Of a stretch of DNA of 45,508 nt, positions 9,150-19,101 are shown piece by piece. Positions within the stretch are counted from its first letter, which is position 1. The number at the start of each line of letters is the position of its first letter. The stretch spans positions 1 to 45,508 of the forward strand of contig JBGPYQ010000001.1 in NCBI GenBank assembly GCA_041493345.1, given 5' to 3'. The position numbers were made by a program, and so were the translations under genes. The DNA comes from Gammaproteobacteria bacterium. GTDB taxonomy: Bacteria; Pseudomonadota; Gammaproteobacteria; Burkholderiales; SG8-39. A model generated the notes under the pieces. That model was not told where the DNA came from. It worked only from the letters and a program-made list of their open reading frames with translations, and made no database searches.

Positions 9150-9572
9150 CTAGGGCAGCACTTTCATCCAGGGCGAAGGACAGCTGGCGACGTTCGGGTA
9201 GTAGTCGCGGTAGTCCGGGCAATAGTAGTAAACGTTCCCGCCCTGTTCGACGTAGGCAGGCGGCTCCGTGTACGCCGGGGGATAGTAGGGATAGGGATAA
9301 GGATAGGGATAGGGATAGAACGGCGCCGCCAGCACCACGGCGCCGCCGACGAAGACTGCGCCCCGATGGAAGAAGCGCGGCGAACGGGCCACCGGCGCGA
9401 AGCGCGCGCCCGCGAACACCGGCCCCACGCGCACGCTCCCAATTGCATGTCCTCCGTGGAATCCTGCGGTGCGCCCGCCGCCGTGCCCGCCGCTGTTCCC
9501 TCCACGGCCAAGCGCGGCATCGGCGCCCAGCGCCAGGGACAGTCCGAGCAGCAACACGGTGCAGCGATTCAT
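9150..9572 (-). CDS. Secreted Gly-rich / Pro-Tyr-repeat protein with C-terminal two-Cys motif, function unknown
   Basis: Start at ATG 9572 (GAGGAGG RBS). Has the signal peptide MNRCTVLLLGLSLALGADAALG, a G/H-rich stretch, YPYPYPYPYPY, and the C-terminus YYYCPDYRDYYPNVASCPSPWMKVLP. Confidence 0.6.
   Translation of the reverse strand: MNRCTVLLLGLSLALGADAALGRGGNSGGHGGGRTAGFHGGHAIGSVRVGPVFAGARFAPVARSPRFFHRGAVFVGGAVVLAAPFYPYPYPYPYPYYPPAYTEPPAYVEQGGNVYYYCPDYRDYYPNVASCPSPWMKVLP
9285..9317. repeat. Hexanucleotide tandem repeat (gggata x5, slightly degenerate) encoding the (YP)n tract
   Basis: Read directly at 9285-9317. It lies inside CDS 9150..9572. Confidence 0.85.
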
Positions 9573-9697
9573 TCGAGCCTCCTCGCGCCTTTTGCGGCCG
9601 GCGCAGCCCTTCATGGCAAGTCTAACGCCGCCTGAAGCGGAAGCCTTCACTTTTTACACGGCGTTACAAATTGCCCGCCCCGAGGGATTTTCCGGGG

Positions 9698-10303
9698 CTA
9701 GCAACTCGGTGCCCCAGGCCGCGGCGCGGGAGCGGGCACGAACCCGAATCGTGCGGCAACGTCGGCGGCACGAATGGACGCGATCTTGACGGTGTTGCCG
9801 AACAAGCGCGCTTTCATGTCGACTGCCTGCGCGAGTTCGTCCATGAACTGCTCGGCGGTCCGGCCGCGGGCATCGGTCAGGCGTTCGAGAACGGCCTGAA
9901 GGTCGCGATCGAGGAACACGCCGATGCCGAGATCGGTCTGCAGGAGCAGCGCGCCCGCGTCATCGAAGAACGCCGCCTGCGGCGCGCGCGGCGCACGGCC
10001 CGTGTGTGCGACGATCCCTTGGGCCGCGTCGTCGAGCCGGTAGACCCACGGCGTGTAGTCGAGCGCCACGAAGACCCGCTGCGGCCCGTTCTGAAAATAC
10101 CAGCGGCCCCCGGCGTCGCGTTCGTAATTGCGGCCGATGAATTCGATCACGGCCGGATTCGAAATGCGTTCGAACTCCGGCACGCCGTCGCGCGACGCGC
10201 GCGCCTTGACCCACCAGTTTCCGCGCCGGTCCAGACGCAGCCAGCCGAATACCGACGGCACGTTCGGCCATCGGGCAATCGCGCGGATGACGATCTCGTC
10301 CAT
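9698..10303 (-). CDS. Conserved hypothetical protein (possibly DUF1285-like; family assignment uncertain)
   Basis: 201-aa ORF with good coding look. The N-terminal FGWLRLDRRGNWWV...ISNPAVIEFIGRNYERDAGGRWYFQNGPQRVFVALDYTPWV pattern resembles DUF1285-type proteins, from memory only. Confidence 0.55.
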   Translation of the reverse strand: MDEIVIRAIARWPNVPSVFGWLRLDRRGNWWVKARASRDGVPEFERISNPAVIEFIGRNYERDAGGRWYFQNGPQRVFVALDYTPWVYRLDDAAQGIVAHTGRAPRAPQAAFFDDAGALLLQTDLGIGVFLDRDLQAVLERLTDARGRTAEQFMDELAQAVDMKARLFGNTVKIASIRAADVAARFGFVPAPAPRPGAPSC

Positions 10304-10422
10304 GGAAACAGTGCGAAATGCCGCTGCCTTGTTGCTCGGCGGAGTGCGTGGCAGTATAGACTCAAAGGACTCGAAACGCGGCGCCCGAGCGCGCGGCGCG
10401 ACACGAAATCGAAGGAGGAGAC

Positions 10423-12105
10423 GTGGACGCGATTTCCCTGTATTTGTCCAGGCCCTGGACCCGCTTCTACGAGAGCGGGATGCCGCAGACCGCGGAAGTT
10501 TCGCTCAAGAGCCTGCCGCAGGCATTCGACGAGGCGACCGAAAGGTTTGCGGCCAAGACGGCGCTGTTCTTCCAGGGCCGGGCAATCGGCTACGGCGAGC
10601 TGCGCGAGGCCGTGGACCGGCTCGCCGGCGCGCTTGCGCGGCTCGGCCTGAAAAAAGGAGACCGGATCGCGCTCTACCTGCTCAACAGCCCGCAATTCGT
10701 GATCGCCTATTTTGCGGCGCTCAAGTGCGGCTGCATCGTGACGCCGATCAGCCCCGTCTATACCTCGCACGAAGTCCGCTTCCAGCTCGCAGACAGCGGG
10801 GCGCGCGCGGCGATCTGCCAGGACATCCTGTTCGACAAGATTCACGCATGCGGCGCGGCGCTCGACCACATCGTCGTCACCAGCATCGCGGAATACCTTC
10901 CACCCCTGAAAAAAATGCTCGGCAGGATCTTCAGCAGCCCCGGCTCGTCCGAGCCGCCCCGGGGCGGCAACGTGCATCGGTTTCAGGAGCTGCTTGCGCA
11001 GGCCGTCGGCCCGCCCGAGGTGACGATCGATCCCCGAACCGACCTCGCTGCCCTGCCCTACACCGGCGGCACGACGGGCAACCCCAAGGGCGTGATGCTC
11101 ACACACTACAACCTGATCGCGGCGACGGTGATCGCCCGCTCCGTTTTCCGGTTCGAGAACGACGGCGAGGAAGTGATCATCGCCTTCCTGCCGTTCTTCC
11201 ACATTTACGGCCAGGTCGTGATCATGCTGAACGGACTTCTGCGGGGCCAGTCGCTCGTTCTGTTCACCACTCCGGATACCGAGGGGATCCTCGAGGCCGT
11301 CGAGAAATACCGCGTCTCGATCTTTCACGGCGTGCCGACGCTCTACGAGTATCTGAAGGACCACAAGGACACCGACAAGGTGGACTGGAAGCGTCTGAAG
11401 CTGATCCTCTCGGGTGCCGATACCCTGCACGAATCGACGGTCAAGGACTGGACACGGCGAACCGGGTCGTCGATCTGCGAGGGCTACGGGCTGTCGGAGA
11501 CCTGCGCGACCAGCCACGTCAATCCGTTCAGGCGCATGAAGACCGGCTCCTTTGGCGTGCCCGTTACCAACGTCCAAGCCGCGGTGATCGACCCGGAGAC
11601 CTGCGCCTTCGTGCCGCCGGGAGAGGTGGGCGAGCTCATCCTCGCCGGACCCAATGTCATGCAGGGCTACTGGAACAATCCGGAGGAGACCGCAAAGGCC
11701 TTCGTCGAGGTGGACGGCGCGCGCTGGCTGCGCACGGGGGACATCGTGCGCATGGACGACGAGGGGTACTTCCACTTCCACGACCGCCGCAAGGACCTGA
11801 TCAAGTACAAGGGCTACTCGGTATTCGCGAAGGACGTCGAGGACGTGCTCTACGCGCATCCCGCGGTGAAGGCGGCCGGCGTGATCGGCGTGCCCGACCC
11901 GGCGGTCGGCCAACGCATCAAGGCGATCGTGGTGCCGCAGCCGGAGGCGCGCGGCAAGCTGACCGAGAAGGAGATCCTCGAGCACTGCAAGGAGAGGCTC
12001 GCCCCCTACAAGGTTCCGCACATCATCGAGTTCCGCGGCGAGCTGCCCAAGACCGACGTCGGCAAGGTGTCGCGCCGCGAGCTGCGCGAAGAGCAGGCGG
12101 CGTGA
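10423..12105 (+). CDS. Long-chain/medium-chain acyl-CoA synthetase (AMP-binding enzyme)
   Basis: GTG start after a GAAGGAGGAG RBS. Carries the AMP-binding motifs LPYTGGTTGNPKGVMLTH, GYGLSE and TGDIVRMDDEGYFHFHDRRKDLIKYKG. 560 aa. Confidence 0.9.
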   Translation: MDAISLYLSRPWTRFYESGMPQTAEVSLKSLPQAFDEATERFAAKTALFFQGRAIGYGELREAVDRLAGALARLGLKKGDRIALYLLNSPQFVIAYFAALKCGCIVTPISPVYTSHEVRFQLADSGARAAICQDILFDKIHACGAALDHIVVTSIAEYLPPLKKMLGRIFSSPGSSEPPRGGNVHRFQELLAQAVGPPEVTIDPRTDLAALPYTGGTTGNPKGVMLTHYNLIAATVIARSVFRFENDGEEVIIAFLPFFHIYGQVVIMLNGLLRGQSLVLFTTPDTEGILEAVEKYRVSIFHGVPTLYEYLKDHKDTDKVDWKRLKLILSGADTLHESTVKDWTRRTGSSICEGYGLSETCATSHVNPFRRMKTGSFGVPVTNVQAAVIDPETCAFVPPGEVGELILAGPNVMQGYWNNPEETAKAFVEVDGARWLRTGDIVRMDDEGYFHFHDRRKDLIKYKGYSVFAKDVEDVLYAHPAVKAAGVIGVPDPAVGQRIKAIVVPQPEARGKLTEKEILEHCKERLAPYKVPHIIEFRGELPKTDVGKVSRRELREEQAA

Positions 12106-12875
12106 GCGCGCCGTTCTTCCGCATCGAGGGGCTCACCAAGCGCTTCGGGGGGCTCGTCGCCGTCAACAACGTAAGTTTCGAGGTGCGCCGCGACGAGATT
12201 GTCGGCGTCATCGGCCCGAACGGCGCCGGCAAGACCACGCTGCTGCGGCTGATCACCAAGATCCTCAAGCCCGACTCGGGGCGCATCGTCTTCAATGGCG
12301 CGGACATCACGGACTCTCGTCCGTGGGACGTCGTCAATCTCGGCATCGCCGGCACGTTCCAGAACACCCGCCCGTTCCGGCACCTGCCGATCGTCGCCAA
12401 CGTCATGGTGCCCTGCCTGAACCGGCGCGCTTCGCGCCGCGGCGAATGGGTGAAGCGCGTCGAGGCGCGCGCGATGGACGCGCTCGAATTCGTCGGCATC
12501 TCCGATCTCGCGCTCGAGCCCGCCTCGGCCCTCTCCCAGGGCGACCTGAAACGCCTCGAGGTCGCGCGCGCCATCGCCTCGGAGCCGGAGCTGCTGCTGC
12601 TCGACGAGCCGCTCGGCGGCCTCAACCCCGTGGAATCCGGGCTGCTCGCGAAATCGATCAAGCGGCTGCACAAGGGCGGGCGCTTCGGCCGGCTGCACTC
12701 GGAGGGGCCGGCGGTGCTGATGATCGAGCACAAGCTCAAGGAGCTGATGTCCATCGTCGACCGCGTGATCGTATTCGACTACGGCGAGATCATCGCCGAC
12801 GGCACGCCCGCGGACGTCGTGAAGAACCCGCGCGTGATCGAGGCCTATCTGGGCGGCGAGCATGCCACTGCTTGA
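12102..12875 (+). CDS. ABC transporter ATP-binding protein, LivG-like
   Basis: GTG start overlapping the ligase stop (GTGA). Walker A GPNGAGKTT, signature LSQGDLKRLEVARA, Walker B LLLLDEP. Confidence 0.9.
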   Translation: MSAPFFRIEGLTKRFGGLVAVNNVSFEVRRDEIVGVIGPNGAGKTTLLRLITKILKPDSGRIVFNGADITDSRPWDVVNLGIAGTFQNTRPFRHLPIVANVMVPCLNRRASRRGEWVKRVEARAMDALEFVGISDLALEPASALSQGDLKRLEVARAIASEPELLLLDEPLGGLNPVESGLLAKSIKRLHKGGRFGRLHSEGPAVLMIEHKLKELMSIVDRVIVFDYGEIIADGTPADVVKNPRVIEAYLGGEHATA

Positions 12876-13611
12876 AGTGCGCAGCCTGTCGGTCCGCTAC
12901 GACAAGGCGGTGCTGCTCGCAGGCGTTTCGCTCGCGGTCGGCGAAGGAGAGCTCGTCGGGCTGGTCGGGCCGAACGGCGCCGGCAAATCCACCTTGCTGC
13001 GCGCCATCTCCGGGCTGGTGCGCTGGGAAGCGCAGACGAAGCGCGGCGTCTTCGGCGATATCGTCCTCGAAGGCGAGGTGCGATTCGCAGGCGAAAAGAT
13101 CGACGGCCTCCCCGCGCACGAGATCCGCGGCCGCGGCCTGGTCCACTGCCCGGAGAGGCGCCGCCCGTTCCGCGAGCTGACCGTGACCGAAAACCTGCTC
13201 GCGGGGGCCTACCTGAGCCGGAGCAAGAGCGAGATCGCGCGGAATGTCGAGCGCTGCTTTCAGCTCTTTCCTCACCTGAAGGAGCGCAAGGGCCAGGTGG
13301 CGGGCACCCTCTCCGGCGGCGAGCAGCAGATGCTCGCCATCGCGCGCGCCCTGATGTTCGAGGCGAAGCTCCTTTGCATCGACGAGCCTTCGCTCGGCCT
13401 CGCACCCCGGGTCCGCAAGGAGCTCTTCGGCGCGATCGAGCGCATCCATGCAGGCGGCATTCCGATGCTGCTGGTCGAGCAGGAAGTCGGCAAGGTATTC
13501 GAGATCGCCGACCGCAACTACGTGCTGTCGCAGGGCCGCATTATCGCGCAGGGGACCGGCAAGGAACTCATGGCCGACGAGAAGCTGCGGGCCGGGTATT
13601 TGGGGCTGTAA
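12862..13611 (+). CDS. ABC transporter ATP-binding protein, LivF-like
   Basis: Walker A GPNGAGKST, signature LSGGEQQMLAIARAL, Walker B LLCIDEPSLGL. Overlaps the previous gene by 14 nt. Confidence 0.9.
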   Translation: MPLLEVRSLSVRYDKAVLLAGVSLAVGEGELVGLVGPNGAGKSTLLRAISGLVRWEAQTKRGVFGDIVLEGEVRFAGEKIDGLPAHEIRGRGLVHCPERRRPFRELTVTENLLAGAYLSRSKSEIARNVERCFQLFPHLKERKGQVAGTLSGGEQQMLAIARALMFEAKLLCIDEPSLGLAPRVRKELFGAIERIHAGGIPMLLVEQEVGKVFEIADRNYVLSQGRIIAQGTGKELMADEKLRAGYLGL

Positions 13612-13725
13612 GGGGGCGGGGCGAGCCGGTCCCGCCGGAATCATCGTGCCTCGCGGCGTCTCTCCGGCGGCAGTCCCTTGATCTCTGGCGCCTGAGGGCC
13701 GCAAGCGAGCCGCACCCTTTAAGCG

Positions 13726-14775
13726 CTACTCGAGCGACGCGCCGCAGAGCCGGCAGGCGTGCCGCGTGAAGACGGTCCGGTTCTTGCAGCGCGGGCAGAC
13801 GATCTCGATCTTGTCGCGCACCCAGGGCGTGAGTCCGCGCGGCATGAAGAGCAGCACCAGCAACACAATGACCGCGAAGATGAGCAGCCGGAACTCCCTG
13901 AAGATTTCGAAGCTCGCAAGCAGCTCGGTCAGCGGATACAGAGTGAACACCGCAATCACCGGCCCGTAAATCGTCGCCACGCCGCCGAAGATGCCCCAGA
14001 TCACCGCCTGAAAGGACAGCGCCACCTCGAGCGAGGAAGGCCCGGCGACGCGCAGGAAATGCGCGAACAGAGCGCCCGCGACCCCGGCGAAAAGCGCCGA
14101 GAGCGTGAACGCGAGCAACTTGTAGCGCGGGGTGTTGATGCCCGAGGCCCGCGCGGCGACCTCGTCCTCGCGGATCGCGTGGAAGATCAGGCCCGTGTGC
14201 GAGTCGCCGATTTTCCACATGGCGAATACGAGCACGAGCATCAGGATGACCGCGACGTAGTAGTTCGCGAGCGGTGAGTTCGCCAGCCGCTTGAGGCCCG
14301 AGATTCCCAGCTCGCCGCCGGAAATATCGGGAAACGCGAACAGCATGCCGGTGAGAATGAGCGGAAAAGCGAGCGTCGCCAGGCTCAAGTACGAGCCGCG
14401 CAGCCGCAGGCAGAGTATGCCCACGAGAAACCCTGTGGCCATCGCCGCGACGGCTCCGAGGGGGACGCTCAGCCACGGCGACAGGCCGGCGTGATGCGAA
14501 AGCAGCGCCGAGGTGTAGGCGCCGACGCCGAAGAACAGCGCGTGGCCGAAATTGACCTGGCCGGTGTAGCCGGCGAGCAGATCCCAGCTCGCCGCGTAGA
14601 TGGCGAAGATCGCCGCCATGGTGACGACGCGCAGCACGTAGGGGTCGTCATAGGCGAGCGGCAGCGCGAGCAGCGCGACGCAGGCGCCGAGCACGAAGCT
14701 GCGGCTGGGCAGCACCAGCACCTCGTGGCGAAGCTGCGCCCAGAGCCGGGCCGGGAGCGCGAGGACGGCTTTCAC
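13726..14775 (-). CDS. Branched-chain-amino-acid-type ABC permease, LivM-like, with C-terminal CxxC...CxxC tail
   Basis: GTG start at 14775 overlaps the upstream permease stop (GTGA). Has the GQVNFGHALFFGVGAY core and multiple TM segments. The last 23 aa are CPRCKNRTVFTRHACRLCGASLE. The rest of the 640-aa track ORF is out-of-frame overlap with the next gene. Confidence 0.9.
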   Translation of the reverse strand: MKAVLALPARLWAQLRHEVLVLPSRSFVLGACVALLALPLAYDDPYVLRVVTMAAIFAIYAASWDLLAGYTGQVNFGHALFFGVGAYTSALLSHHAGLSPWLSVPLGAVAAMATGFLVGILCLRLRGSYLSLATLAFPLILTGMLFAFPDISGGELGISGLKRLANSPLANYYVAVILMLVLVFAMWKIGDSHTGLIFHAIREDEVAARASGINTPRYKLLAFTLSALFAGVAGALFAHFLRVAGPSSLEVALSFQAVIWGIFGGVATIYGPVIAVFTLYPLTELLASFEIFREFRLLIFAVIVLLVLLFMPRGLTPWVRDKIEIVCPRCKNRTVFTRHACRLCGASLE

Positions 14776-15641
14776 CGCTCTTCCTCGAACGCCACGCCGT
14801 AAAGGCCCTCGGGGCGGATCAGCAGCACGATCACCATTATCAGGAGCGCGACCGCGCCTTTGAGGTAAGCGCCGGAGGGAACCGCGAACACGGTGATCGC
14901 CTCGACATAGCCGATGATGAAGGCCCCGATCAGGCTGCCCTTCAGGCTTCCCAGCCCGCCCAGCACCACGATCGCGAGCACGATGACGAGCGGCGAGAGC
15001 CACATCAGGGGATCCACCACGAACACCGGCGCCACGACCACGCCGGCAATCGCGGCAAGTCCCACCGAGATCGCCATCGTGAGCATGGCGACGCGGTTGA
15101 CGTTGATTCCCATCAGGTTGGCGATTTCCTGGTCGTTGGCCGCCGCGCGGATCGCCAGTCCCAGCCGCGTGCGGTTGAGCAGGAACCAGGTGGCGCCGAG
15201 GACGGCCGCCACCACCACGAGAATGATGAGGCGCTGGTAGCTCACGCGCACGCCGAAGATCGAGGCGAAACCGTCCACGGCAGAGGGAATGCCGAGATAG
15301 CTGCCGCCGAAGGAAATCAACAGGCTTTCCTGAAAGATCAGCGCCAGCGCGATGGTGGCGATCAGCACCGCCGACTCGTGCTGCCGCACCGGCTCGATCA
15401 CCAGCCGGTAGCAGACAAGAGACAGCGCCACCACCGCCGCGACCGCCAGCGGAATGGCCGCGGCAAGCGGCAGCCCGCCTTTCACCAGCAAGCCGTAGAA
15501 GGCGTACGCGGCGAGCATGTAGAACGCCGTGTGCGCGATATTGACGATGCGCGCCACGCCGAAGATGAGCGAGAAGCCGATTGCCAGCAGCGCGTACACG
15601 CCGCCGTTCACCAGCCCGCTGACGAGAATGTCCTGCAGCAT
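14772..15641 (-). CDS. Branched-chain-amino-acid-type ABC permease, LivH-like
   Basis: 289 aa, MLQDILVSGLVNGGVYALLAIGFSLIFG... Typical LivH N-terminus, polytopic. Confidence 0.9.
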   Translation of the reverse strand: MLQDILVSGLVNGGVYALLAIGFSLIFGVARIVNIAHTAFYMLAAYAFYGLLVKGGLPLAAAIPLAVAAVVALSLVCYRLVIEPVRQHESAVLIATIALALIFQESLLISFGGSYLGIPSAVDGFASIFGVRVSYQRLIILVVVAAVLGATWFLLNRTRLGLAIRAAANDQEIANLMGINVNRVAMLTMAISVGLAAIAGVVVAPVFVVDPLMWLSPLVIVLAIVVLGGLGSLKGSLIGAFIIGYVEAITVFAVPSGAYLKGAVALLIMVIVLLIRPEGLYGVAFEEER

Positions 15642-15696
15642 GAAGCAAAACGGCCGCGCACCCTGCAGCGCGCGGCCGCCTCGGCTCGAGCGCCCC

Positions 15697-16923
15697 TTAT
15701 TTCGCCGACGGCATCTTGAAAGGCTTCATGCCCTTCACCTGCGGCGGCCAGAACGGCACCTTCTGCCCGTCCTGCCACTGCACCGCGATACCGGCGGTCT
15801 TGCCGATCGCCCAGACGAGATCGTGGCGCTTGTCCCAGGTATCGGTGCCCGTCACGCCGACGTGTTCCATCTTCTCGATCACCGGCACCAGCTTGTCGGC
15901 GTCGGTCGTGCCCGCCTGCTCGATCGCCGCCTTGAGGATCATGATCGCATCGTAGGTGCCGGCGTTGTAGGTCGGGGCCCTCTTGTAGCGTTCCGTAAAC
16001 GCCTTTACGAACGGGACCGTCTTCGGGGTGATCTCCACTTCGGCCAGGGTATCGAGAGTGGAGACATAGTTGCCTTTTCCGGCGGTGGCCTGCCAGAAGC
16101 CGTCCTTCTGTCCCTCGACGTTGATGCCGAACGCGACCGCGGGCAACTGCAGCTCGCCCATCTGCCGCCCCATGACGATGCCCACCGGCCCGGAAAGCAT
16201 GGTGAACACGATATCGGCGCCCGAGCGCCTGATCGCCGAAAGTTCCGCGGTCAGGTCGGTCGCCCGGTCCGAGGATTGCCACAGGCCGACCACTTCCATC
16301 TTCATCTTCGGCAGGTTGTCCTGGGCGGCTTTGACCAGCGCCTCGGTCCAGGCGGCCTTTTCCGCGAAGATCGCCACCTTGGGCATTTCCTTTTTCAGAT
16401 CGGCGCGAATCTGGGCGCCGACCGAGCCCAGCACCGCGAACAGGGTGCGCCCGAGATCGACATCCTTCACCGGGGTGATGCGGAACCAGTACTTGTAGCG
16501 CTCGTAGTTCTGCTCGACGTTCAGGCCGAGCTTGGAATGCGCCGCGCCGGCGCCGAGGAAAATCTTCTTCGCGTCCATCGCGACTTCCTGCATCGCGAGC
16601 ACCGCCTCGGAACGGAAGCCGCCGATGAGGAAATCGGCGCGCTCGCGGGTGATGGCGCGCTCGATCGCATTGGTCGCATCGGGCACGCTCTGGATCTCGT
16701 TGGTGTCCACCTTGACAATTTCGATCTGGCGGCGGGCCGAGCCCACCTGGATGCCCCCGGCTTTGTTGATTTCATCGCGCGCCATCTCGGCGCCGCCCCA
16801 GTGGTTCTCGCCCTGGACGAAAGCCATGGGGCCGAGAATGGCGATCTTGATGCTCTGCGACCAGGACTGGGCGCTGAACGCCATCCCCAGCGCCGCCAAT
16901 GCAGAAAGCAGAGTGCGCAGCAT
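15697..16923 (-). CDS. ABC transporter periplasmic substrate-binding protein (LivK/type I PBP family)
   Basis: Start at ATG 16923 after GGAGG. Signal peptide MLRTLLSALAALGMAFSAQS, then IKIAILGPMAF... as in Leu/Ile/Val-binding-protein family members. Confidence 0.85.
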   Translation of the reverse strand: MLRTLLSALAALGMAFSAQSWSQSIKIAILGPMAFVQGENHWGGAEMARDEINKAGGIQVGSARRQIEIVKVDTNEIQSVPDATNAIERAITRERADFLIGGFRSEAVLAMQEVAMDAKKIFLGAGAAHSKLGLNVEQNYERYKYWFRITPVKDVDLGRTLFAVLGSVGAQIRADLKKEMPKVAIFAEKAAWTEALVKAAQDNLPKMKMEVVGLWQSSDRATDLTAELSAIRRSGADIVFTMLSGPVGIVMGRQMGELQLPAVAFGINVEGQKDGFWQATAGKGNYVSTLDTLAEVEITPKTVPFVKAFTERYKRAPTYNAGTYDAIMILKAAIEQAGTTDADKLVPVIEKMEHVGVTGTDTWDKRHDLVWAIGKTAGIAVQWQDGQKVPFWPPQVKGMKPFKMPSAK

Positions 16924-17037
16924 GATGTCCTCCGTCAAATAAGATCCAAGCCGGCGTCGGTGCCGCGAACTTCCGGCCCGCCGCTTCGCGAGTGCAGGCT
17001 ATCCTGCCACTTCGAATCGCGGCTGTCCATGCCCGGC

Positions 17038-17067
17038 TTGCCGGGCGCGCGCCCTTGCTTCTATAGT
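17038..17067 (+). promoter_or_regulatory. Candidate sigma70-type promoter for the thioesterase/ALDH genes
   Basis: TTGCCG (17038-17043), 18 nt, TATAGT (17062-17067), 32 nt upstream of the ATG at 17100. Pattern match only. Confidence 0.25.
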
Positions 17068-17099
17068 ACGCGGCTCAGGATCGATCGAGGACCGCGGAA

Positions 17100-17555
17100 A
17101 TGAAACGCGAGGAATTCACTTTCTTCCACAGCCTGCGCGTGCGCTGGGCCGAGGTGGACCGGCAGGACGTGGTGTTCAACGGAAATTACTTCCTGTATTT
17201 CGACGTCGCCGTCACCGAGTACTGGCGCGCGACCGGGTTTGATTATCCCGACGGCATCGTCGAGAAATTCGGCACCGACATCTACGCGCTGAAGGCGGCC
17301 GCCGAATATCATGTCCCGGCGACTTACGATGACGCGCTCGAGGTCGGTTGCCGCGTCGGCCGCATCGGCCGGACATCCATGCAGCTCCTGTTCGGCATCT
17401 GGCGGGGGAGCGAGCACATCGCGAGCGGCGAGCTGGTGTACGTGAACGCGGACCTGAAAACAAGAAAGGCCGCGCCCTGGCCCGAGGCGCTCAGGCAGGC
17501 GATCCTGAAATACGAGCGCACGCCACCGGAGTTGGCCCCTGCGGGAAAGCCATAG
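17100..17555 (+). CDS. Acyl-CoA thioesterase, 4HBT/YbgC-type hotdog fold
   Basis: 151 aa. The N-terminus FFHSLRVRWAEVDRQDVVFNGNYFLYFDVAVTEYWRATG is typical of the YbgC/4HBT family (the catalytic Asp is in the VD motif). Confidence 0.85.
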   Translation: MKREEFTFFHSLRVRWAEVDRQDVVFNGNYFLYFDVAVTEYWRATGFDYPDGIVEKFGTDIYALKAAAEYHVPATYDDALEVGCRVGRIGRTSMQLLFGIWRGSEHIASGELVYVNADLKTRKAAPWPEALRQAILKYERTPPELAPAGKP

Positions 17556-17664
17556 CAAAAAGGCATTTGCCGCCGAGGACGCCAAGGACGCAGAGGAACC
17601 CAAGACCCGGTCTTTTCCTTGGCGGTTATAATCAGCGCCTTTTGATCTGCCCCCTCTTCATCCC

Positions 17665-19101
17665 ATGCAACTGCGCGACAAACTCTACATCGACGGCCAG
17701 TGGACGGCCTCCACCGGCAGGGAGACGATAGATGTCGCCAGCGCTTCGACCGAAGAGCTGATGGGCCGCGTCCCCGAAGGCACGCCGGAGGATGTCGATG
17801 CTGCGGTGCGCGCCGCGCGCGCGGCGTTCGAGCCTTGGGCCGCGACCAGTGCGGCCGCGCGAGCAGGTTTTCTCCAGAAAATCCACGAAGGGCTGAAAGC
17901 GCGCGCCGGGGAAATCGGCCGCGTCATCGCCGGCGAGGTCGGCATGCCGGTGAAGCTCGCCACCCGCATCCAGGCAGGGTCGCCCGCCTTCACCTTTGCG
18001 ATGTACGCGAAGATGCTGGCAGACTTCAAGTTCGAGGAAAAGGTCGGCAACTCGCTCGTGCTGCGGGAGCCGGTCGGCGTCGTCGCGGCGATCACGCCGT
18101 GGAACTACCCCCTGCACCAGATCGCGGCGAAAGTCGCACCCGCGCTCGCCGCCGGCTGCACCGTGGTGCTGAAACCCTCGGAGATCGCGCCGCTCAACGC
18201 CTTCATCCTCGCCGAGGTGATCCACGCCGCGGGATTGCCGCGCGGCGCGTTCAACCTCGTCACCGGCTACGGCCCGGTCGTGGGCGAAGCGATGGCGAAG
18301 CACCCGCTCGTGGACCTGGTGTCCTTCACCGGCTCGGTGCGCGCGGGAAAACGCGTCTCCGAGCTCGCCGCGCATACGGTGAAGCGCGTCACGCTCGAGC
18401 TCGGCGGCAAGTCGGCCTCGGTGATCCTCGAGGACGCGGACCTCGCCGCCGCGGTGAAAGGCACGGTCAATTCCTGCTTCCTCAACTCCGGCCAGACCTG
18501 CAGCGCGCACACGCGCATGCTGGTACCCGAGAGCCAATACGAAGAGGCCGCGAAAATCGCCGTCGAGCTTGCAAAGACCTTCACGGTGGGCGACCCGTTC
18601 GGCGACTCCGCAAAATTGGGTCCGCTCATCTCGGCCGCGCAGCGCGAGCGCGTGCGCAATTACATCAGGATGGGCATCGAGGAGGGCGCGCAGCTCCTCT
18701 GCGGCGGGCCCGACGCGCCCGACGGACTGGAAAAGGGTTTCTACGTGAAGCCCACGATTTTCGGGCGCGTCGATCCGAAATCCACCATCGCGCAGGAGGA
18801 GATCTTCGGCCCGGTGCTCGCCATCATTCCCTACAGGAACGAGGACGAGGCCGTGCGCATCTCCAACGGCACTGCGTACGGGCTCGCGGGCGGGGTGTGG
18901 TCGAAGGACGAAGAGCGCGCGAAGCGCGTCGCGCGGCGCCTGCGCACCGGGCAGGTGGACATCAACGGCGGGCAGTTCAACATGCTCGCGCCCTTCGGCG
19001 GCGTCAAGCAATCCGGCAAGGGCCGCGAGCTCGGCCGGCCGGGGCTCGAGGAATTCCTGGAATACAAGGCCCTGCAGCTCAAGGCGGAGGCCGGCGCTTG
19101 A
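17665..19101 (+). CDS. NAD(P)-dependent aldehyde dehydrogenase
   Basis: 478 aa with [13 protein letters not shown] (catalytic Glu) and [10 protein letters not shown] (catalytic Cys). Confidence 0.95.
   Translation: MQLRDKLYIDGQWTASTGRETIDVASASTEELMGRVPEGTPEDVDAAVRAARAAFEPWAATSAAARAGFLQKIHEGLKARAGEIGRVIAGEVGMPVKLATRIQAGSPAFTFAMYAKMLADFKFEEKVGNSLVLREPVGVVAAITPWNYPLHQIAAKVAPALAAGCTVVLKPSEIAPLNAFILAEVIHAAGLPRGAFNLVTGYGPVVGEAMAKHPLVDLVSFTGSVRAGKRVSELAAHTVKRVTLELGGKSASVILEDADLAAAVKGTVNSCFLNSGQTCSAHTRMLVPESQYEEAAKIAVELAKTFTVGDPFGDSAKLGPLISAAQRERVRNYIRMGIEEGAQLLCGGPDAPDGLEKGFYVKPTIFGRVDPKSTIAQEEIFGPVLAIIPYRNEDEAVRISNGTAYGLAGGVWSKDEERAKRVARRLRTGQVDINGGQFNMLAPFGGVKQSGKGRELGRPGLEEFLEYKALQLKAEAGA

Noticed and set aside
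13726-15648. 640-aa ORF suggesting one giant permease.
   Set aside because: Only the C-terminal 349 aa (from GTG 14775) look like LivM. The upstream part is an alternative frame of the LivH gene (14772-15641), which has its own clean signature.
17627-17632. TATAAT box upstream of the aldehyde dehydrogenase gene.
   Set aside because: There is no acceptable -35 element at 16-19 nt spacing, and the gene may be co-transcribed with the thioesterase.
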